Of a stretch of 64,000 nt of DNA, positions 47,331 through 58,163 are shown piece after piece. Each line of letters starts with the position of its first letter. The stretch's first letter is position 1. Made by a program: the position numbers and the translations under genes. Location: assembly GCA_902563055.1 (NCBI GenBank), contig CACEWE010000003.1:1450-65449 (forward strand), given 5' to 3'. The notes under the pieces were generated by a model that saw only the letters and a list, made by a program, of their open reading frames with translations, did not search any database and was not told the origin of the DNA. The stretch is from an uncultured Gammaproteobacteria bacterium (GTDB lineage: Bacteria > Pseudomonadota > Gammaproteobacteria > Francisellales > CACEW01).

Positions 47331-48221
47331 ATGATATCATATTCTGGTGGTATAAGGTTAGTGGAAATTTTAGTGGCTGATTCTGTAATTGATATTAAAG
47401 ATTTAACTTTCAAGCGTGAAGGTCGTAAAATTTTTGATGATATCTCCTTTTCTATCCCAAAAGGAAAAATTTCCGTTATTATGGGCCCAAGTGGTACCGG
47501 TAAAACAACCATGCTCCATCTAATGGGCGGCCTTATTCGCCCAGAAGAAGGAACCATTAACATTCTAGGCTCAGATGTTACCAAAATTTCACGTAGGGAT
47601 AAATTCCACTTGCGCAAAGACATGGGCTTTTTATTCCAAAGTGGCGCCTTGTTTAGCGATATGAACGTATTTGACAACATTGCCTTTCCTTTAAGAGAGC
47701 ACAGTGGTTTACCTGAGTCTATCATTAAAGACATTGTGGTGATGAAACTTGAAGCTGTGGGGCTTCGCGGTGCCATGCATTTGCATCCTAGTGAGCTTTC
47801 TGGTGGTATGTCGCGACGCGTTGCTTTAGCGCGAGCGATTGCCTTAGATCCTAAAGTCTTATTTTACGATGAGCCTTTCACCGGCCAAGATCCTATATCA
47901 TGTGGAATGCTTATCAAGCTTATGCGCTCTTTAAACGACTTATTGCATTTAACTTCAGTAGTGGTCTCCCATAATGTATCGCATGTTATGCATATTGCAG
48001 ACCATATTTTTATCCTATCAGAGGGTAAGTTAGTTGAATCAGGATCGCCTGAGGAAATTACAGCAACAAGAGAAGATCGTGCGCAGCAATTTATTCATGG
48101 CTTGCCAGATGGTCCGGTGCCGTTTCATTATCCTGCCGGTCCCTTAAGCGAAGACTTACTATCGAGTAACAAAGATATAGCCCGAAAAAGGCGTAAGAGA
48201 GTTTCTGATGAAAAGAGCTAG
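47331..48221 (+). CDS. mlaF: Phospholipid ABC transporter ATP-binding protein MlaF
   Basis: Walker A GPSGTGKTT, LSGGMSRR and LFYDEPFTG. The start is uncertain; ATG 47331, GTG 47361 and GTG 47373 are all in frame. Confidence 0.88.
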   Translation: MISYSGGIRLVEILVADSVIDIKDLTFKREGRKIFDDISFSIPKGKISVIMGPSGTGKTTMLHLMGGLIRPEEGTINILGSDVTKISRRDKFHLRKDMGFLFQSGALFSDMNVFDNIAFPLREHSGLPESIIKDIVVMKLEAVGLRGAMHLHPSELSGGMSRRVALARAIALDPKVLFYDEPFTGQDPISCGMLIKLMRSLNDLLHLTSVVVSHNVSHVMHIADHIFILSEGKLVESGSPEEITATREDRAQQFIHGLPDGPVPFHYPAGPLSEDLLSSNKDIARKRRKRVSDEKS

Positions 48222-48987
48222 TGGATGTAATTTCTTTAGCGCAATAGGTGCTAAAGTACTGCACTTTTTCTGGCGCACTGGGCGTTTTGGTTTGTTTCTT
48301 CTTGATACGATTTTTTCGCGGATGTCGACGATAGCTATGATTGGTCAAATGTATATTGTTGGCTGTTTATCCTTAAGTATCATTGTCGTTTCAGGTGTTT
48401 TTATTGGTTTGGTTTTGGGCTTGCAGGGCTATTATACCTTGTCGCGCTTTGGGGCTTCAGAAGCCTTGGGCCAATTATTGGCTTTAAGTATTATTCGCGA
48501 ATTAGGTCCTGTGGTTACGGCCTTACTTTTTGCCGGTCGTGCTGGCAGTGCCTTAACCTCTGAAATAGGTCTTATGAAAGCCACAGAACAGCTTGACAGT
48601 ATGCGCATGATGGGTGTGGATCCTATCAACGAAGTGATTGCGCCCAGGTTTTGGGCTGGATTTTTCTCCATGCCTTTATTGACTGCAATTTTTTGTGCCG
48701 TATCTATAATTGGAGGTTATTGGGTTGGTGTATTATGGCTAGGGGTGAGTTCTGGTCCTTTTTGGGGTGAGATGCAAGCAGCGGTAAGTTTTGGTGGTGA
48801 TCTTATTAATGGTTTTATTAAAAGCCTTGCATTTGGCTTTGTCGTTACGTGGATTGCGGTATACCAAGGTTATGAGTGTGTGCCAACTTCAGAGGGTATT
48901 GCTAGGGCAACAACTAAATGTGTGGTGTATGCTTCTTTGGCTATTTTAGGTTTGGATTTTGTATTAACTGCGATGATGTTTAAATAA
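48208..48987 (+). CDS. mlaE: Phospholipid ABC transporter permease MlaE
   Basis: 259-aa multi-TM protein. Overlaps the mlaF stop. Conserved IRELGPVVTALLFAGRAGSA. Confidence 0.9.
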   Translation: MKRASGCNFFSAIGAKVLHFFWRTGRFGLFLLDTIFSRMSTIAMIGQMYIVGCLSLSIIVVSGVFIGLVLGLQGYYTLSRFGASEALGQLLALSIIRELGPVVTALLFAGRAGSALTSEIGLMKATEQLDSMRMMGVDPINEVIAPRFWAGFFSMPLLTAIFCAVSIIGGYWVGVLWLGVSSGPFWGEMQAAVSFGGDLINGFIKSLAFGFVVTWIAVYQGYECVPTSEGIARATTKCVVYASLAILGLDFVLTAMMFK

Positions 48988-48997
48988 GGGGATTAAA

Positions 48998-49471
48998 ATG
49001 TATATTACAAAGACCATAGAAACTTGGGTGGGGATATTTGTATTCTTAGCGTTTTTGGCGTTATTATTTCTAGCGATTCAAGTTAGTGGCTTATCTTTTC
49101 AGGATGGATTTTTAAAAAGCCATTTTTATCCGATTCGTGCTCAGTTTGATAATGTTGGAAACTTAAAAGTACGTTCTGCGGTGCGTGTTGGTGGTGTGCA
49201 AGTAGGAAGAGTGGCTTCCATTGTCCTTAACAACCAAACTTATCGTGCGGATGTGGTCTTGGATATCAATAACAATGTCAATACTTTGCCGAAAGACACC
49301 AGTGCTAGTATTACCATGGCAGGCTTGCTGGGTGATAACTATGTGGATTTAAATCCCGGCTTTGACAGTGAAACATTAAAGCCAAATGATAAACTCATTA
49401 CCACATACTCTGCTACAAATCTTTTAAACTTACTTTCTACCTTTTCAGGTAGTAAAAAGAAAGGAGAATAA
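48998..49471 (+). CDS. mlaD: MCE-domain phospholipid-binding protein MlaD
   Basis: 157 aa. N-terminal TM helix followed by an MCE domain (VRVGGVQVGRV). Confidence 0.88.
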   Translation: MYITKTIETWVGIFVFLAFLALLFLAIQVSGLSFQDGFLKSHFYPIRAQFDNVGNLKVRSAVRVGGVQVGRVASIVLNNQTYRADVVLDINNNVNTLPKDTSASITMAGLLGDNYVDLNPGFDSETLKPNDKLITTYSATNLLNLLSTFSGSKKKGE

Positions 49472-49473
49472 TC

Positions 49474-50142
49474 ATGTTATTGCGAAATAAACCAGTGAAG
49501 TTATTAATATTTTTGTTTACGTTGGGGTTTGGGGCTTTAAATATAAACATATATGCTGCTGCGGCAGATACAACAAAAGCAGTGGCAAAGTCTGCACAGC
49601 AGGATTCTTCTGATCCAAATAAAATGCTTAAAGGAACATTGTATTTGCTTCAAGAAGATATTGGCCAAGATCATGCCAGCTTAAAAGCCTCGCCGGAAAA
49701 GCTATACCAATTAGTAAAAGATGTACTGTTACCCGTTTTAGACGTAGAGGAAATGGCGGGCGCAACCTTGGGTCAAAAGTGGAAAGAAGCCTCAGATACA
49801 CAAAAAGAACAGTTTATAGATTTTTTTGGTTTAATGCTGACTAAGCGCTATGCCGATGCTTTGTTAACGGTTTCAGACTATGAGTTGAAATTTCGTGCCT
49901 TACCCAAGAGTGTTTGGGAAAATAGTGATCACATAAGTATCGCAGGCCAAGTATCGTCTAAAAACGGTGGTGCACCCTCGCGTGTAACCTATTACTTGGT
50001 TAAAAAAGGCAAAAATTGGCAGGTTTACGATATGGCTATTGAAGGGGTCTCTTTGGTTGAGAATTATCGTTCGCAATTTCAGTCCTTTTCTAATATTGCT
50101 GCCTTAATTGATCGTTTGAAAAAAATGAACAAGGATACGTAA
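49474..50142 (+). CDS. mlaC: Periplasmic phospholipid-binding protein MlaC (Ttg2D family)
   Basis: 222 aa with a signal peptide. Operon position supports the call. Confidence 0.85.
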   Translation: MLLRNKPVKLLIFLFTLGFGALNINIYAAAADTTKAVAKSAQQDSSDPNKMLKGTLYLLQEDIGQDHASLKASPEKLYQLVKDVLLPVLDVEEMAGATLGQKWKEASDTQKEQFIDFFGLMLTKRYADALLTVSDYELKFRALPKSVWENSDHISIAGQVSSKNGGAPSRVTYYLVKKGKNWQVYDMAIEGVSLVENYRSQFQSFSNIAALIDRLKKMNKDT

Positions 50143-50451
50143 ATGAAAGGCTTGCTCGTTCAAAAACAAGCTTCTTCTTGGCAGTTTGAAGGTCGTTTGG
50201 TGATGCATAATATTGCAAAAATGCAAAAACAGCTCCATGACAATGTGCCACAAGAGGGGGGCTGGCAGCTTGATTGTCATAAAGTAAATGCTATGGATAC
50301 TTCGGGTTTAGCTTATTTGGTGGAGTGTATCGCTCATAGCAAAAGCCAATCGTTAGCTATTTCAATCGAGGGCCTTAAGGATGAAGACATAGAACTAATG
50401 GATATCCATGGCATCAAAGAATTTGTATTAGAATATGTGAGGAAAACATGA
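50143..50451 (+). CDS. mlaB: STAS-domain protein MlaB
   Basis: 102 aa. Operon position and DTSGLAYL STAS-like motif. Confidence 0.75.
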   Translation: MKGLLVQKQASSWQFEGRLVMHNIAKMQKQLHDNVPQEGGWQLDCHKVNAMDTSGLAYLVECIAHSKSQSLAISIEGLKDEDIELMDIHGIKEFVLEYVRKT

Positions 50452-50696
50452 ATAAGAACCTTTTAGTCCAGGAAGTACAAAACTATATACCATCATGCCA
50501 GGTGATAGTTGAAAGTGATGACGATATCCATTTTGATATGATTGTTGTAAGTGCCGATTTTGAAGGTTTGATGCCCATTAAGAGGCAACGTTTGGTTTAT
50601 GATGCCGTTGATAAATGGATTCTTGATGGTACACTACATGCGCTTGGTTTGAAAACATATACGCCTGAAGAATGGCAAAAGAAAAACCAAAGCTAA
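50448..50696 (+). CDS. ibaG: BolA-family protein IbaG/YrbA
   Basis: 82 aa. KRQRLVY...HALGLKTYTPEEW is BolA-like. Located between the mla genes and murA. Confidence 0.8.
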   Translation: MNKNLLVQEVQNYIPSCQVIVESDDDIHFDMIVVSADFEGLMPIKRQRLVYDAVDKWILDGTLHALGLKTYTPEEWQKKNQS

Positions 50697-50731
50697 CGGT
50701 GCTTTTTATCAAAAATATATAAGGTTTTAAC

Positions 50732-52006
50732 TTGGATAAGTTCGTCATACAGGGGAAAAAGCGTCTTAGTGGCGCGGTGGAAATTTCTGGAGCAAAAAAC
50801 TCTGCTTTAAAATTGTTAGCGGCAAGCTTATTAAATTCAGAGCCAGTTGTTCTTGATAATGTTCCGCATTTAACCGATATCCACCTAATGATTCGATTGC
50901 TTGGTGATTTGGGAGTAAGGGTTTGTTTTTACAGCAAGGGCTCTATAGAACTTCATGCTAAGGATATTAGTGATGTGACAGTGCCGTATCAGTTGGTGCG
51001 TGCTATGCGCGCCTCTATTGTATTATTGGGTCCACTTCTAGCCAGAACGGGTGAAGCGAAAGTTGCATTGCCCGGTGGCTGTGCGATAGGAACGCGCCCG
51101 GTGGATTTACATCTTAGTGCACTGCGTCGTATGGGAGCCGAAATTAGCTTAAACGAAGGTTTTATTATAGCCAAAGCTCCAGGTGGTCTTAAAGGTGCCA
51201 GTATTTCTATGTCTAAGGTTACCGTTACCGGCACAGAGAATATCATGATGGCTGCAAGCTTGGCTGCTGGGGTTACCACCATAGAAAATGCTGCCAGAGA
51301 GCCAGAAGTGGTGGATTTGGCAAATTTACTTAATGCCATGGGCGCAAAAGTTAAAGGAGCAGGAACTGATACCATTACTATTGAGGGGGTAAAGGCGCTC
51401 CATTCTTGTGAATATAGCGTGTTGCCTGATCGAATTGAGGCCGGTACGTTTTTAACCGCTGCGGCAATAACTGGTGGCAAAATTACAGTAGAGAAGGTCA
51501 TTCCAAGTGACTTGAAAATCGTATTGCAGTCTTTTAAAGAGGCTGGTGCTAAAATTTCACAAACCAAAGATAGCGTAACCTTGGATATGCATAAGCGTAA
51601 ACTGCAGGCTGTTACGGTGGAAACCGGTGAGTATCCTGGTTATCCAACCGATATGCAAGCACAAATGTTGGTGCTTAACAGTGTTTCTGATGGGGTGGGA
51701 ATGATTACGGAAACCATCTTTGAAAACCGCTTTATGCATGTTCCTGAGCTACAAAGGCTTGGCGCTGAAATTCGCGTTAAGGGCGATACGGCAACCACCG
51801 TTGGGGTAGATAATCTTGTAGGGGCTCCAGTTACGGCAACAGATCTTCGTGCCTGTGCTGGCTTAGTCTTAGCGGGCCTTGCTGCAGAGGGGACTACAGA
51901 AATAGATGGCCTGAATTATTTAGATCGTGGTTATGCGCATGTGGAGGAAAAGCTTTTAGCATTAGGTGCAGATATACAACGCCATAAAGAAACCGATAGG
52001 GTGTAG
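50732..52006 (+). CDS. murA: UDP-N-acetylglucosamine 1-carboxyvinyltransferase
   Basis: 424 aa with a TTG start. [11 protein letters not shown] and the active-site region [15 protein letters not shown]. Confidence 0.93.
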   Translation: MDKFVIQGKKRLSGAVEISGAKNSALKLLAASLLNSEPVVLDNVPHLTDIHLMIRLLGDLGVRVCFYSKGSIELHAKDISDVTVPYQLVRAMRASIVLLGPLLARTGEAKVALPGGCAIGTRPVDLHLSALRRMGAEISLNEGFIIAKAPGGLKGASISMSKVTVTGTENIMMAASLAAGVTTIENAAREPEVVDLANLLNAMGAKVKGAGTDTITIEGVKALHSCEYSVLPDRIEAGTFLTAAAITGGKITVEKVIPSDLKIVLQSFKEAGAKISQTKDSVTLDMHKRKLQAVTVETGEYPGYPTDMQAQMLVLNSVSDGVGMITETIFENRFMHVPELQRLGAEIRVKGDTATTVGVDNLVGAPVTATDLRACAGLVLAGLAAEGTTEIDGLNYLDRGYAHVEEKLLALGADIQRHKETDRV

Positions 52007-52032
52007 TTTCTCGCTTGCCTTATAACTTGCAA

Positions 52033-53334
52033 ATGGCCCTAATAAAACGTATGATAACCCCTAATTTATTGCAAAATACCGATACAATGACTTTTGGTGT
52101 ATCTCGGATAAAGCCGGTTTTTTATTACTTCCTCGGTGCCTTGTTTTTATGGTATGAAATGGCAGTGCAGTCCTCGCCCAGCGTGATGGCTACCAATATG
52201 ATGCATGATATTGCACTCTCCTCACAGTGGTTTGGCTTGGCAATGGGGGCGTATTTTTTTAGCTATGCATTAATGCAAATTCCGGTTGGCTTGTTGTTTG
52301 ATCGTTATCGGGCTAAAAATCTTTTAATGATTGCAGTTTTGTTTTGTGTTTCTGGTACTTTTCTATTTTCATTTGGGACCAATCTTTGGCTTTTGGCCTT
52401 AGCGCGTTTTTTTACGGGTTTTGGATCGGCTTTTGCTTTTATTGGCGTATTGGTTATTGCCAATGATTGGTTTGATCGTAGGCATTTTGCTTTTTTGGTG
52501 GGCTTGGCGCAATTAATTGCCGCATTTGGCGCAATGGTTGGTCAAATGCCACTGGCATATTTGGTGGAACATTTTAAATGGCAGGGTGCTGCACAGTGTA
52601 TAGCTATCTCAGGTTTGGTCTTACTACTTTTGTTTATGTTTGGCTTAAAGCACCCGCAAAAAAAAGCCTGTTGTGATGTGCTTGCACCATGGGCATCCTT
52701 AAAACAAGTGTTATGTCACAAGCAAACCTGGTTTATAGCCCTGTATGCTTTTTCAGCTTGGTCGCCTATTGCACTTTTTGCAGAGCTGTGGGGCGTGCCC
52801 TATTTAATGGTGCGTTCACATCTTCATAATCTTCAAGCAGCATCTTATAGCGCGACCATTTGGATTGCATTGGCCATAGCAAGTCCAATTTTAGGTTTGC
52901 TCTCAGATCGTTTACAAAAGCGTCGAAGTTTAATGTTACTATGCTGTGGCATTGGCTTTTTAGGCTCATCTCTTATGCTTTATAGTCACTATCAAGCACC
53001 GTATTTTATAAATTTTTGTATGATTGCAATTGGGGTGGCGGCTTCTGGGCAAATCCTGTGCTTTGCCTTGATTAAAGCCCATTTTCCTAAACAAAACCTT
53101 GCAGTGGCTGTAGGCTTTATTAATATGGCGGTAGTGATTGGCGGGGCATTATTTCAGCCTTTAGTGGGCTACTTCATTCATCGTCATCATGTGCTGATGC
53201 ATCTTGCCCAAAGTATGGGCTATTTAGAGTCAGATTATCGTTTTGCTTTAGCGATTATTCCGCTGTGCTACTTGTTGGGCTTTGTTTTAAGCGGCTTTTG
53301 TATTAAAGATCGTTTTTTATCTGCCCTTGATTAA
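52033..53334 (+). CDS. MFS transporter
   Basis: 12-TM profile with loop motif GLLFDRYRAKN. The start is uncertain (TTG 52015 or ATG 52033). Confidence 0.7.
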   Translation: MALIKRMITPNLLQNTDTMTFGVSRIKPVFYYFLGALFLWYEMAVQSSPSVMATNMMHDIALSSQWFGLAMGAYFFSYALMQIPVGLLFDRYRAKNLLMIAVLFCVSGTFLFSFGTNLWLLALARFFTGFGSAFAFIGVLVIANDWFDRRHFAFLVGLAQLIAAFGAMVGQMPLAYLVEHFKWQGAAQCIAISGLVLLLLFMFGLKHPQKKACCDVLAPWASLKQVLCHKQTWFIALYAFSAWSPIALFAELWGVPYLMVRSHLHNLQAASYSATIWIALAIASPILGLLSDRLQKRRSLMLLCCGIGFLGSSLMLYSHYQAPYFINFCMIAIGVAASGQILCFALIKAHFPKQNLAVAVGFINMAVVIGGALFQPLVGYFIHRHHVLMHLAQSMGYLESDYRFALAIIPLCYLLGFVLSGFCIKDRFLSALD

Positions 53335-54126
53335 CTAAGCGTGGCTGGTAGCCATTTGCATTAGCGTTTCCCAGCTTAAGTGCTTAAATTGTTTAAGACC
53401 AAGAGCATCAAGTTGAGCCTGACGAATATGGGCAATGCCTTGTTGGGCTAAATCAAGCATTTGATCAAGCTCTTGTTTGCTAAAAGCGTTTTGTTCAGCA
53501 GTTCCTTGGATTTCAATCCATTGATCAAGGTGGTTCATGACAATATTCATATCCGTTTGCGCATTAGAGTCTTCTTCGTAGTTAAGGTCTAAGCATGCTT
53601 GGCCGTTGACAATGCCAACAGAAACCGAGCTAATCATACTTTTAACGGGTAAGGGTAGGGACATCTTTTTACTAACCAGCTGGTTTTTCTTAAAATAGGC
53701 TAAAGCATCAACCAGGGCAATCCATGCACCGCTAATAGAGGCCGTACGCGTTCCACCATCAGCTTGAATGACATCGCAATCTATGGTAATTGTGTATTCA
53801 GGCAATAGGTTTAACACCATGGCAGAGCGCAAGGATCTTCCAATTAAGCGTTGAATTTCTAGCGAGCGACCACTTGGGTGTATGGCCTTGGCTTCACGTT
53901 GTACCCGTTGATGGGTGGCGCGGGGTAGCATGCCGTATTCAGCGGTAAGCCATGCCTGGCCCTTGCCTTTAAGAAATTTAGGTACGCCAGGTGCGACAGT
54001 GGCATTACATAAAACTTTGGTGTCGCCATAAGAGACTAATACGGAGCCTTCTGCATGTTTGGTGTAGTGGCGTTCAAAACGAATGGGACGCATTTCGTTG
54101 AGGCCGTGTTTGCGCGTTTTAGACAT
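53335..54126 (-). CDS. rph: Ribonuclease PH
   Basis: ATG at 54126 after [37 protein letters not shown] is typical. The upstream extension in the ORF track is not supported. Confidence 0.92.
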   Translation of the reverse strand: MSKTRKHGLNEMRPIRFERHYTKHAEGSVLVSYGDTKVLCNATVAPGVPKFLKGKGQAWLTAEYGMLPRATHQRVQREAKAIHPSGRSLEIQRLIGRSLRSAMVLNLLPEYTITIDCDVIQADGGTRTASISGAWIALVDALAYFKKNQLVSKKMSLPLPVKSMISSVSVGIVNGQACLDLNYEEDSNAQTDMNIVMNHLDQWIEIQGTAEQNAFSKQELDQMLDLAQQGIAHIRQAQLDALGLKQFKHLSWETLMQMATSHA

Positions 54127-54242
54127 AGAGCTCTCCTTAAGGTGAAGTGTGCTGATTATAGCCAAGCTTGCTGCTTTAGTGCAAGGATAATTCTCACTAG
54201 TCAAGAAGGTTTTTTTTTGGTAAATTATGGCATTGTAAGAAA

Positions 54243-55115
54243 ATGGACTATTTAATGCCAGCGATAAAAAAAGCAGTTTTTCCAGTAGCGGGTTTAGGAA
54301 CACGGTTTTTACCGGCAACCAAGGCTATTCCCAAAGAGATGCTTCCAATTCTTGATCGTCCCTTAATTGAATATGCGGTAAAAGAGGCGGTGGCTGCTGG
54401 TATTAGTGAATTGATTTTTGTCACTAGTGGTTATAAGCGTGCAATTGAAGACCACTTTGATAGTAACTTTGAGTTAGAGGAGAATTGTCGCTTACGCCAA
54501 AAGTTTGACGCTTTAGAAATTTTAGAATCTATTGTTCCTAAAGGGGTGCATTGTATTTATATACGTCAAGAAGAAGCTTTGGGCTTAGGTCATGCGATTT
54601 TATGTGCCAAGCCGGTGGTGGGCAATGATCCTTTTGCGGTGTTGTTGGCTGATGATTTTTTAATTGGAGACAATGCGCATATGCCGCTTTTATCGATGGT
54701 GGAGCAATTTGAGCATAGCCAAGCGAAGGCTGTTTTGGCAACTGACAAAGTGGAAGCAGATCAAATTGATCAATATGGCATGATAGAAATAATTGAAAAC
54801 AAGGTGGTGAGTATTGTAGAAAAACCGCCAGTGGGTTCATCCGCTTCACGCGATGCAGTGATTGGTCGTTATGTGCTTGATGCGCAAATTTTTGATTTCC
54901 TAGAGCATATCGGAACCGGTGCTGGCGGGGAGATTCAACTCACGGATGCTTTGGATCTTCTAATGAAAGAAAATACGGTTTTGCACCAGCGGATCAAGGC
55001 AAGGCGTTTTGATTGTGGAAGTAAGCTTGGCTATGTCTTAGCCAATTTAGAAGTTGCGCTTCTAGATGCGCGTGTGGGTTCAAGGCTGCGCAGTTACATA
55101 AAGCAAAATTTGTAA
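54243..55115 (+). CDS. galU: UTP-glucose-1-phosphate uridylyltransferase
   Basis: 290 aa. [27 protein letters not shown]. Confidence 0.92.
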   Translation: MDYLMPAIKKAVFPVAGLGTRFLPATKAIPKEMLPILDRPLIEYAVKEAVAAGISELIFVTSGYKRAIEDHFDSNFELEENCRLRQKFDALEILESIVPKGVHCIYIRQEEALGLGHAILCAKPVVGNDPFAVLLADDFLIGDNAHMPLLSMVEQFEHSQAKAVLATDKVEADQIDQYGMIEIIENKVVSIVEKPPVGSSASRDAVIGRYVLDAQIFDFLEHIGTGAGGEIQLTDALDLLMKENTVLHQRIKARRFDCGSKLGYVLANLEVALLDARVGSRLRSYIKQNL

Positions 55116-55206
55116 TGTGGTTCTAAATAGAGAAAAAAAATAGTCCTTGTAGGTTGGTGAAAGAAGCGTTATGATTTTGTGATACGCTTTTAAGGTTTTT
55201 AGTGTA

Positions 55207-56433
55207 ATGATAACGCTTCCGGCACAGATAAATGGCTATTTGGTTTTATTAGCTATTTTGGTTTTCCTCATTGTATATATTTTCTTTGAGTCACTTTTTC
55301 ATAATAAGCGTTTAAAGCGTATTCCTTATCGCATTCACGTTAATGGAACCAGGGGTAAATCCTCGGTTGCGCGTTTAATTGGCGCGGGCTTGCGTGCTGG
55401 TGGTATTGCAACTTCGACTAAAACAACGGGAACCTTGCCGCGTTTTATTGATCCAGGTGGGAAAGAAACACCCATTTATCGACCCGGTCATACCAACATT
55501 ATTGAACAGCTCAAAGTTGTGAAATGGGCGCTGATGCATAAGTCCAAAGCATTGGTAATAGAATGTATGGCCGTTCAGCCTTTATTGCAATCGTTGTGTG
55601 AGCTTAAAATTGTTCAATCTACCCATGGGGTCTTAACCAATGCCAGGGCAGATCACCTTGATGTAATGGGTCCAACAGAGGCAGATGTGGCTTTAGCACT
55701 GGCGGCTACTGTTCCAGTTAAGGGTATGTATTTTACGCCAGAGGAAAAATATCTTGAGACATTTAAAATGGCTATTGCAGATCGAGACAGTAAGCTTGAG
55801 CATATTTCTAAGGCTGATATAGAGGCGATAACAAAACAAGATCTAGAGGGTTTTTCTTATCAGGAATATGCATCCAATGTGGCTTTGGCTTTAAAAGTGT
55901 GTCAATCGCTAGGGGTTGAAAAGTCTGTTGCGCTAAAAGGCATGCATCAAGCTATTCCAGATCCTGGTGCCTTGTCCGTGTACACGTATATGGACCCCAA
56001 AAGTGGTAAAACTATTTATTTTGCTAATGGTTTTGCTGCTAATGACCCTATCTCCACCAGAGCCTTATGGGAGCGGGTGCGAGAGCAATACAAAGATGCC
56101 ACAACGTGTGTGTTATTGGTAAATACGCGGGTGGATCGTAAAGAACGTACCATGCAGTTGGTCGATGACTTTAGTAATTGGTCGCTGCCAGATAATATTC
56201 TTCTTATGGGGACTGGGCGCGAAGTTTTTGCGAAGAAGTTGCCGGTGGTATATCCGGATCCTCAAGCATTGCCACCTATAGTAGAAGGAGACTTTTATGA
56301 GATGGAAGCCTTGCTTGAGGCGATGGTGAAAGAGACTAAGGGTGATAAAGTTTTAGTGGTTGGGGCATTAAATATTGCCCAGATGGGATTACAATGCGTA
56401 GAATTTTTTAGGGAGCATAAAAATGATTGTTAG
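55207..56433 (+). CDS. pgsB: Poly-gamma-glutamate synthase PgsB/CapB (Mur-ligase family)
   Basis: 408 aa. N-terminal TM helix, P-loop VNGTRGKSSVARL, and Mur-ligase central-domain pattern. Confidence 0.85.
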   Translation: MITLPAQINGYLVLLAILVFLIVYIFFESLFHNKRLKRIPYRIHVNGTRGKSSVARLIGAGLRAGGIATSTKTTGTLPRFIDPGGKETPIYRPGHTNIIEQLKVVKWALMHKSKALVIECMAVQPLLQSLCELKIVQSTHGVLTNARADHLDVMGPTEADVALALAATVPVKGMYFTPEEKYLETFKMAIADRDSKLEHISKADIEAITKQDLEGFSYQEYASNVALALKVCQSLGVEKSVALKGMHQAIPDPGALSVYTYMDPKSGKTIYFANGFAANDPISTRALWERVREQYKDATTCVLLVNTRVDRKERTMQLVDDFSNWSLPDNILLMGTGREVFAKKLPVVYPDPQALPPIVEGDFYEMEALLEAMVKETKGDKVLVVGALNIAQMGLQCVEFFREHKNDC

Positions 56434-56893
56434 TGGTATTGATCCGCTTACCTTATCTATTGGAATAGGTTTGGTAGTATGTTTGTTGTTTGTCGATTAT
56501 TTGGGTTTAACTACAGGGGGTATGGTGGTTCCTGGCTATATTGCACTAGATATGACCCATGCTGGAACGGTGGTTTTAACCTTAGTCGATGCCTTAATTA
56601 TTTATGCCTTTATGCAATTTTTATCGCGCTATTTAATTATTTATGGCCGGCGCCGGATTGCTTTAATCATGCTGATTGCCTTTTTATTTGGGGCTTTATT
56701 ACGCACGAGTTTGGCTTCGGTAATGGTGGTGTCGCACTTAGGGCAGGTCTATACCATTATCGGTTATATTATCCCTGGCTTAATTGCCTTATCTATGGAT
56801 AGACAAGGCATAATAGAAACCATTACATCCGTTTTAAGTGCCGCGGTGGTGGTGCGTTTAATTTTAATTATCTTGTTGGGGACTTTAGTATGA
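56423..56893 (+). CDS. pgsC: Poly-gamma-glutamate biosynthesis membrane protein PgsC/CapC
   Basis: 156-aa hydrophobic protein. GGMVVPGYIAL motif. Overlaps the pgsB stop. Confidence 0.85.
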   Translation: MIVSGIDPLTLSIGIGLVVCLLFVDYLGLTTGGMVVPGYIALDMTHAGTVVLTLVDALIIYAFMQFLSRYLIIYGRRRIALIMLIAFLFGALLRTSLASVMVVSHLGQVYTIIGYIIPGLIALSMDRQGIIETITSVLSAAVVVRLILIILLGTLV

Positions 56894-58029
56894 AAGCAGT
56901 ATATTGGCACGCCCATCATTTACCTAGAATTTTTATTATACTTTTGTGTGTTTTTAATTTGCTTGGTTTAAGTTATGTGCAAACGCACCCGGTCATGGTT
57001 AAGGCAGATTATTATCAAGAAAAAGTAGCGGCAAGTAAGTTAGCCCAGCAGGCATTTTTTGCAGTGAAAGCCGCACGCATAAAAAAGAAAATCGCCATTA
57101 ACCGTTTTGTTGATCCGCAACAAAGTGGTTTAATAGGAGAAAAACTTACCGATATTACCAGCGATCAAGGTGATATCTATACCAAGCAAACTACGATTAA
57201 CCCAAACATTGCAGCTTTATTTGTTAGTTGGCTAAAAGAGGCAGGTTTAAAGCAGGGGGATACGGTAGCTTTAAACACAACGGGTTCTTTTCCAGCCTTG
57301 AATATAGCGATGCTCTCTGCAATTAAAACCTTGGGGCTAAAGCCAAGGATTGTTTATTCGGTATCTGCCTCTAGTTATGGCGCTAATTTACCAAATTTTA
57401 CATGGCTGGATATGTATCAAGCCTTGGTCAAAGATAAAGTTTTTACATACCCGGTACTTGGGGTTTCGTTGGGTGGTTCGCGAGATAGAGCCCATGGTAT
57501 GAATCCAAAAGCGCGTAAAAAATTAGTAGCCCATATTGCTGCCTCAAACTATCCTTTTATTGATTCACTCCATACCCGTGATGGCATTGCCAAGCGCATT
57601 GCCTTGTTAGAAACAGCATCTAAAAATCCGGTTCGTGCTTATATTAATGTTGGTGGCTCTGGAGCCAGTGTGGGTCTCAAGAAGAAGCTCAGCGGCCAGG
57701 TTGCCATTTCAGGGGTGGCTGTCAAGTCGCTTGCCTCAGGCTTAATTCGCAGCGTTCCAATTAGTCTTATTAATACCAACTCCGTTGCGATGCATTTTTT
57801 AAATCAGGGTGTGCCTGTGGTGAATGCGCATAATATGATGCATGAGCTTATAGGGGTGTATCATTTTCCACGTGCGCCGCATTATCAGCCGGTTATAGGG
57901 TGGGGTAACCAATTTTACCACCAGCGCTATAATCAAGAGTTGGCAATTATTGTTCTAGTGTTATCTGTAGGCTTATTTATTCTTTTAGCGGTACTCTCAC
58001 GCAAGTATATGCTTAAATATACCCGGTAA
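56890..58029 (+). CDS. Third protein of the poly-gamma-glutamate locus (membrane-anchored at both ends; not CapA/PgsA-like by eye)
   Basis: 379 aa, translationally coupled to pgsC, with N- and C-terminal TM helices. Assignment is by context only. Confidence 0.5.
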   Translation: MKAVYWHAHHLPRIFIILLCVFNLLGLSYVQTHPVMVKADYYQEKVAASKLAQQAFFAVKAARIKKKIAINRFVDPQQSGLIGEKLTDITSDQGDIYTKQTTINPNIAALFVSWLKEAGLKQGDTVALNTTGSFPALNIAMLSAIKTLGLKPRIVYSVSASSYGANLPNFTWLDMYQALVKDKVFTYPVLGVSLGGSRDRAHGMNPKARKKLVAHIAASNYPFIDSLHTRDGIAKRIALLETASKNPVRAYINVGGSGASVGLKKKLSGQVAISGVAVKSLASGLIRSVPISLINTNSVAMHFLNQGVPVVNAHNMMHELIGVYHFPRAPHYQPVIGWGNQFYHQRYNQELAIIVLVLSVGLFILLAVLSRKYMLKYTR

Positions 58030-58163
58030 TTTGAAAATAATACTTTTTCAAATCTACAAAAATAGCATTTACGAATTCGTCACTTTAAGCTGGTACTGCT
58101 TGTATTGGATATTTTTCGAAACTGTACTAACGTAATGTTAGGTTCTTTTAAAAGGAGTATGTT

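Noticed and set aside
47294-47776. 160-aa minus-strand ORF overlapping mlaF
   Set aside because: It is antisense to the ABC ATPase, whose Walker motifs are unambiguous on the plus strand. It is a shadow ORF.
50989-51567. 192-aa ORF on the minus strand inside murA
   Set aside because: It is fully antisense to a strongly supported conserved gene. It is Ala/Pro/Ser-rich shadow-frame sequence with no RBS or motif.
56479-56802. 107-aa alternative-frame ORF inside pgsC
   Set aside because: It is on the same strand but out of frame with a well-supported membrane protein gene. It is a Gly/Tyr/Cys-rich artefact.
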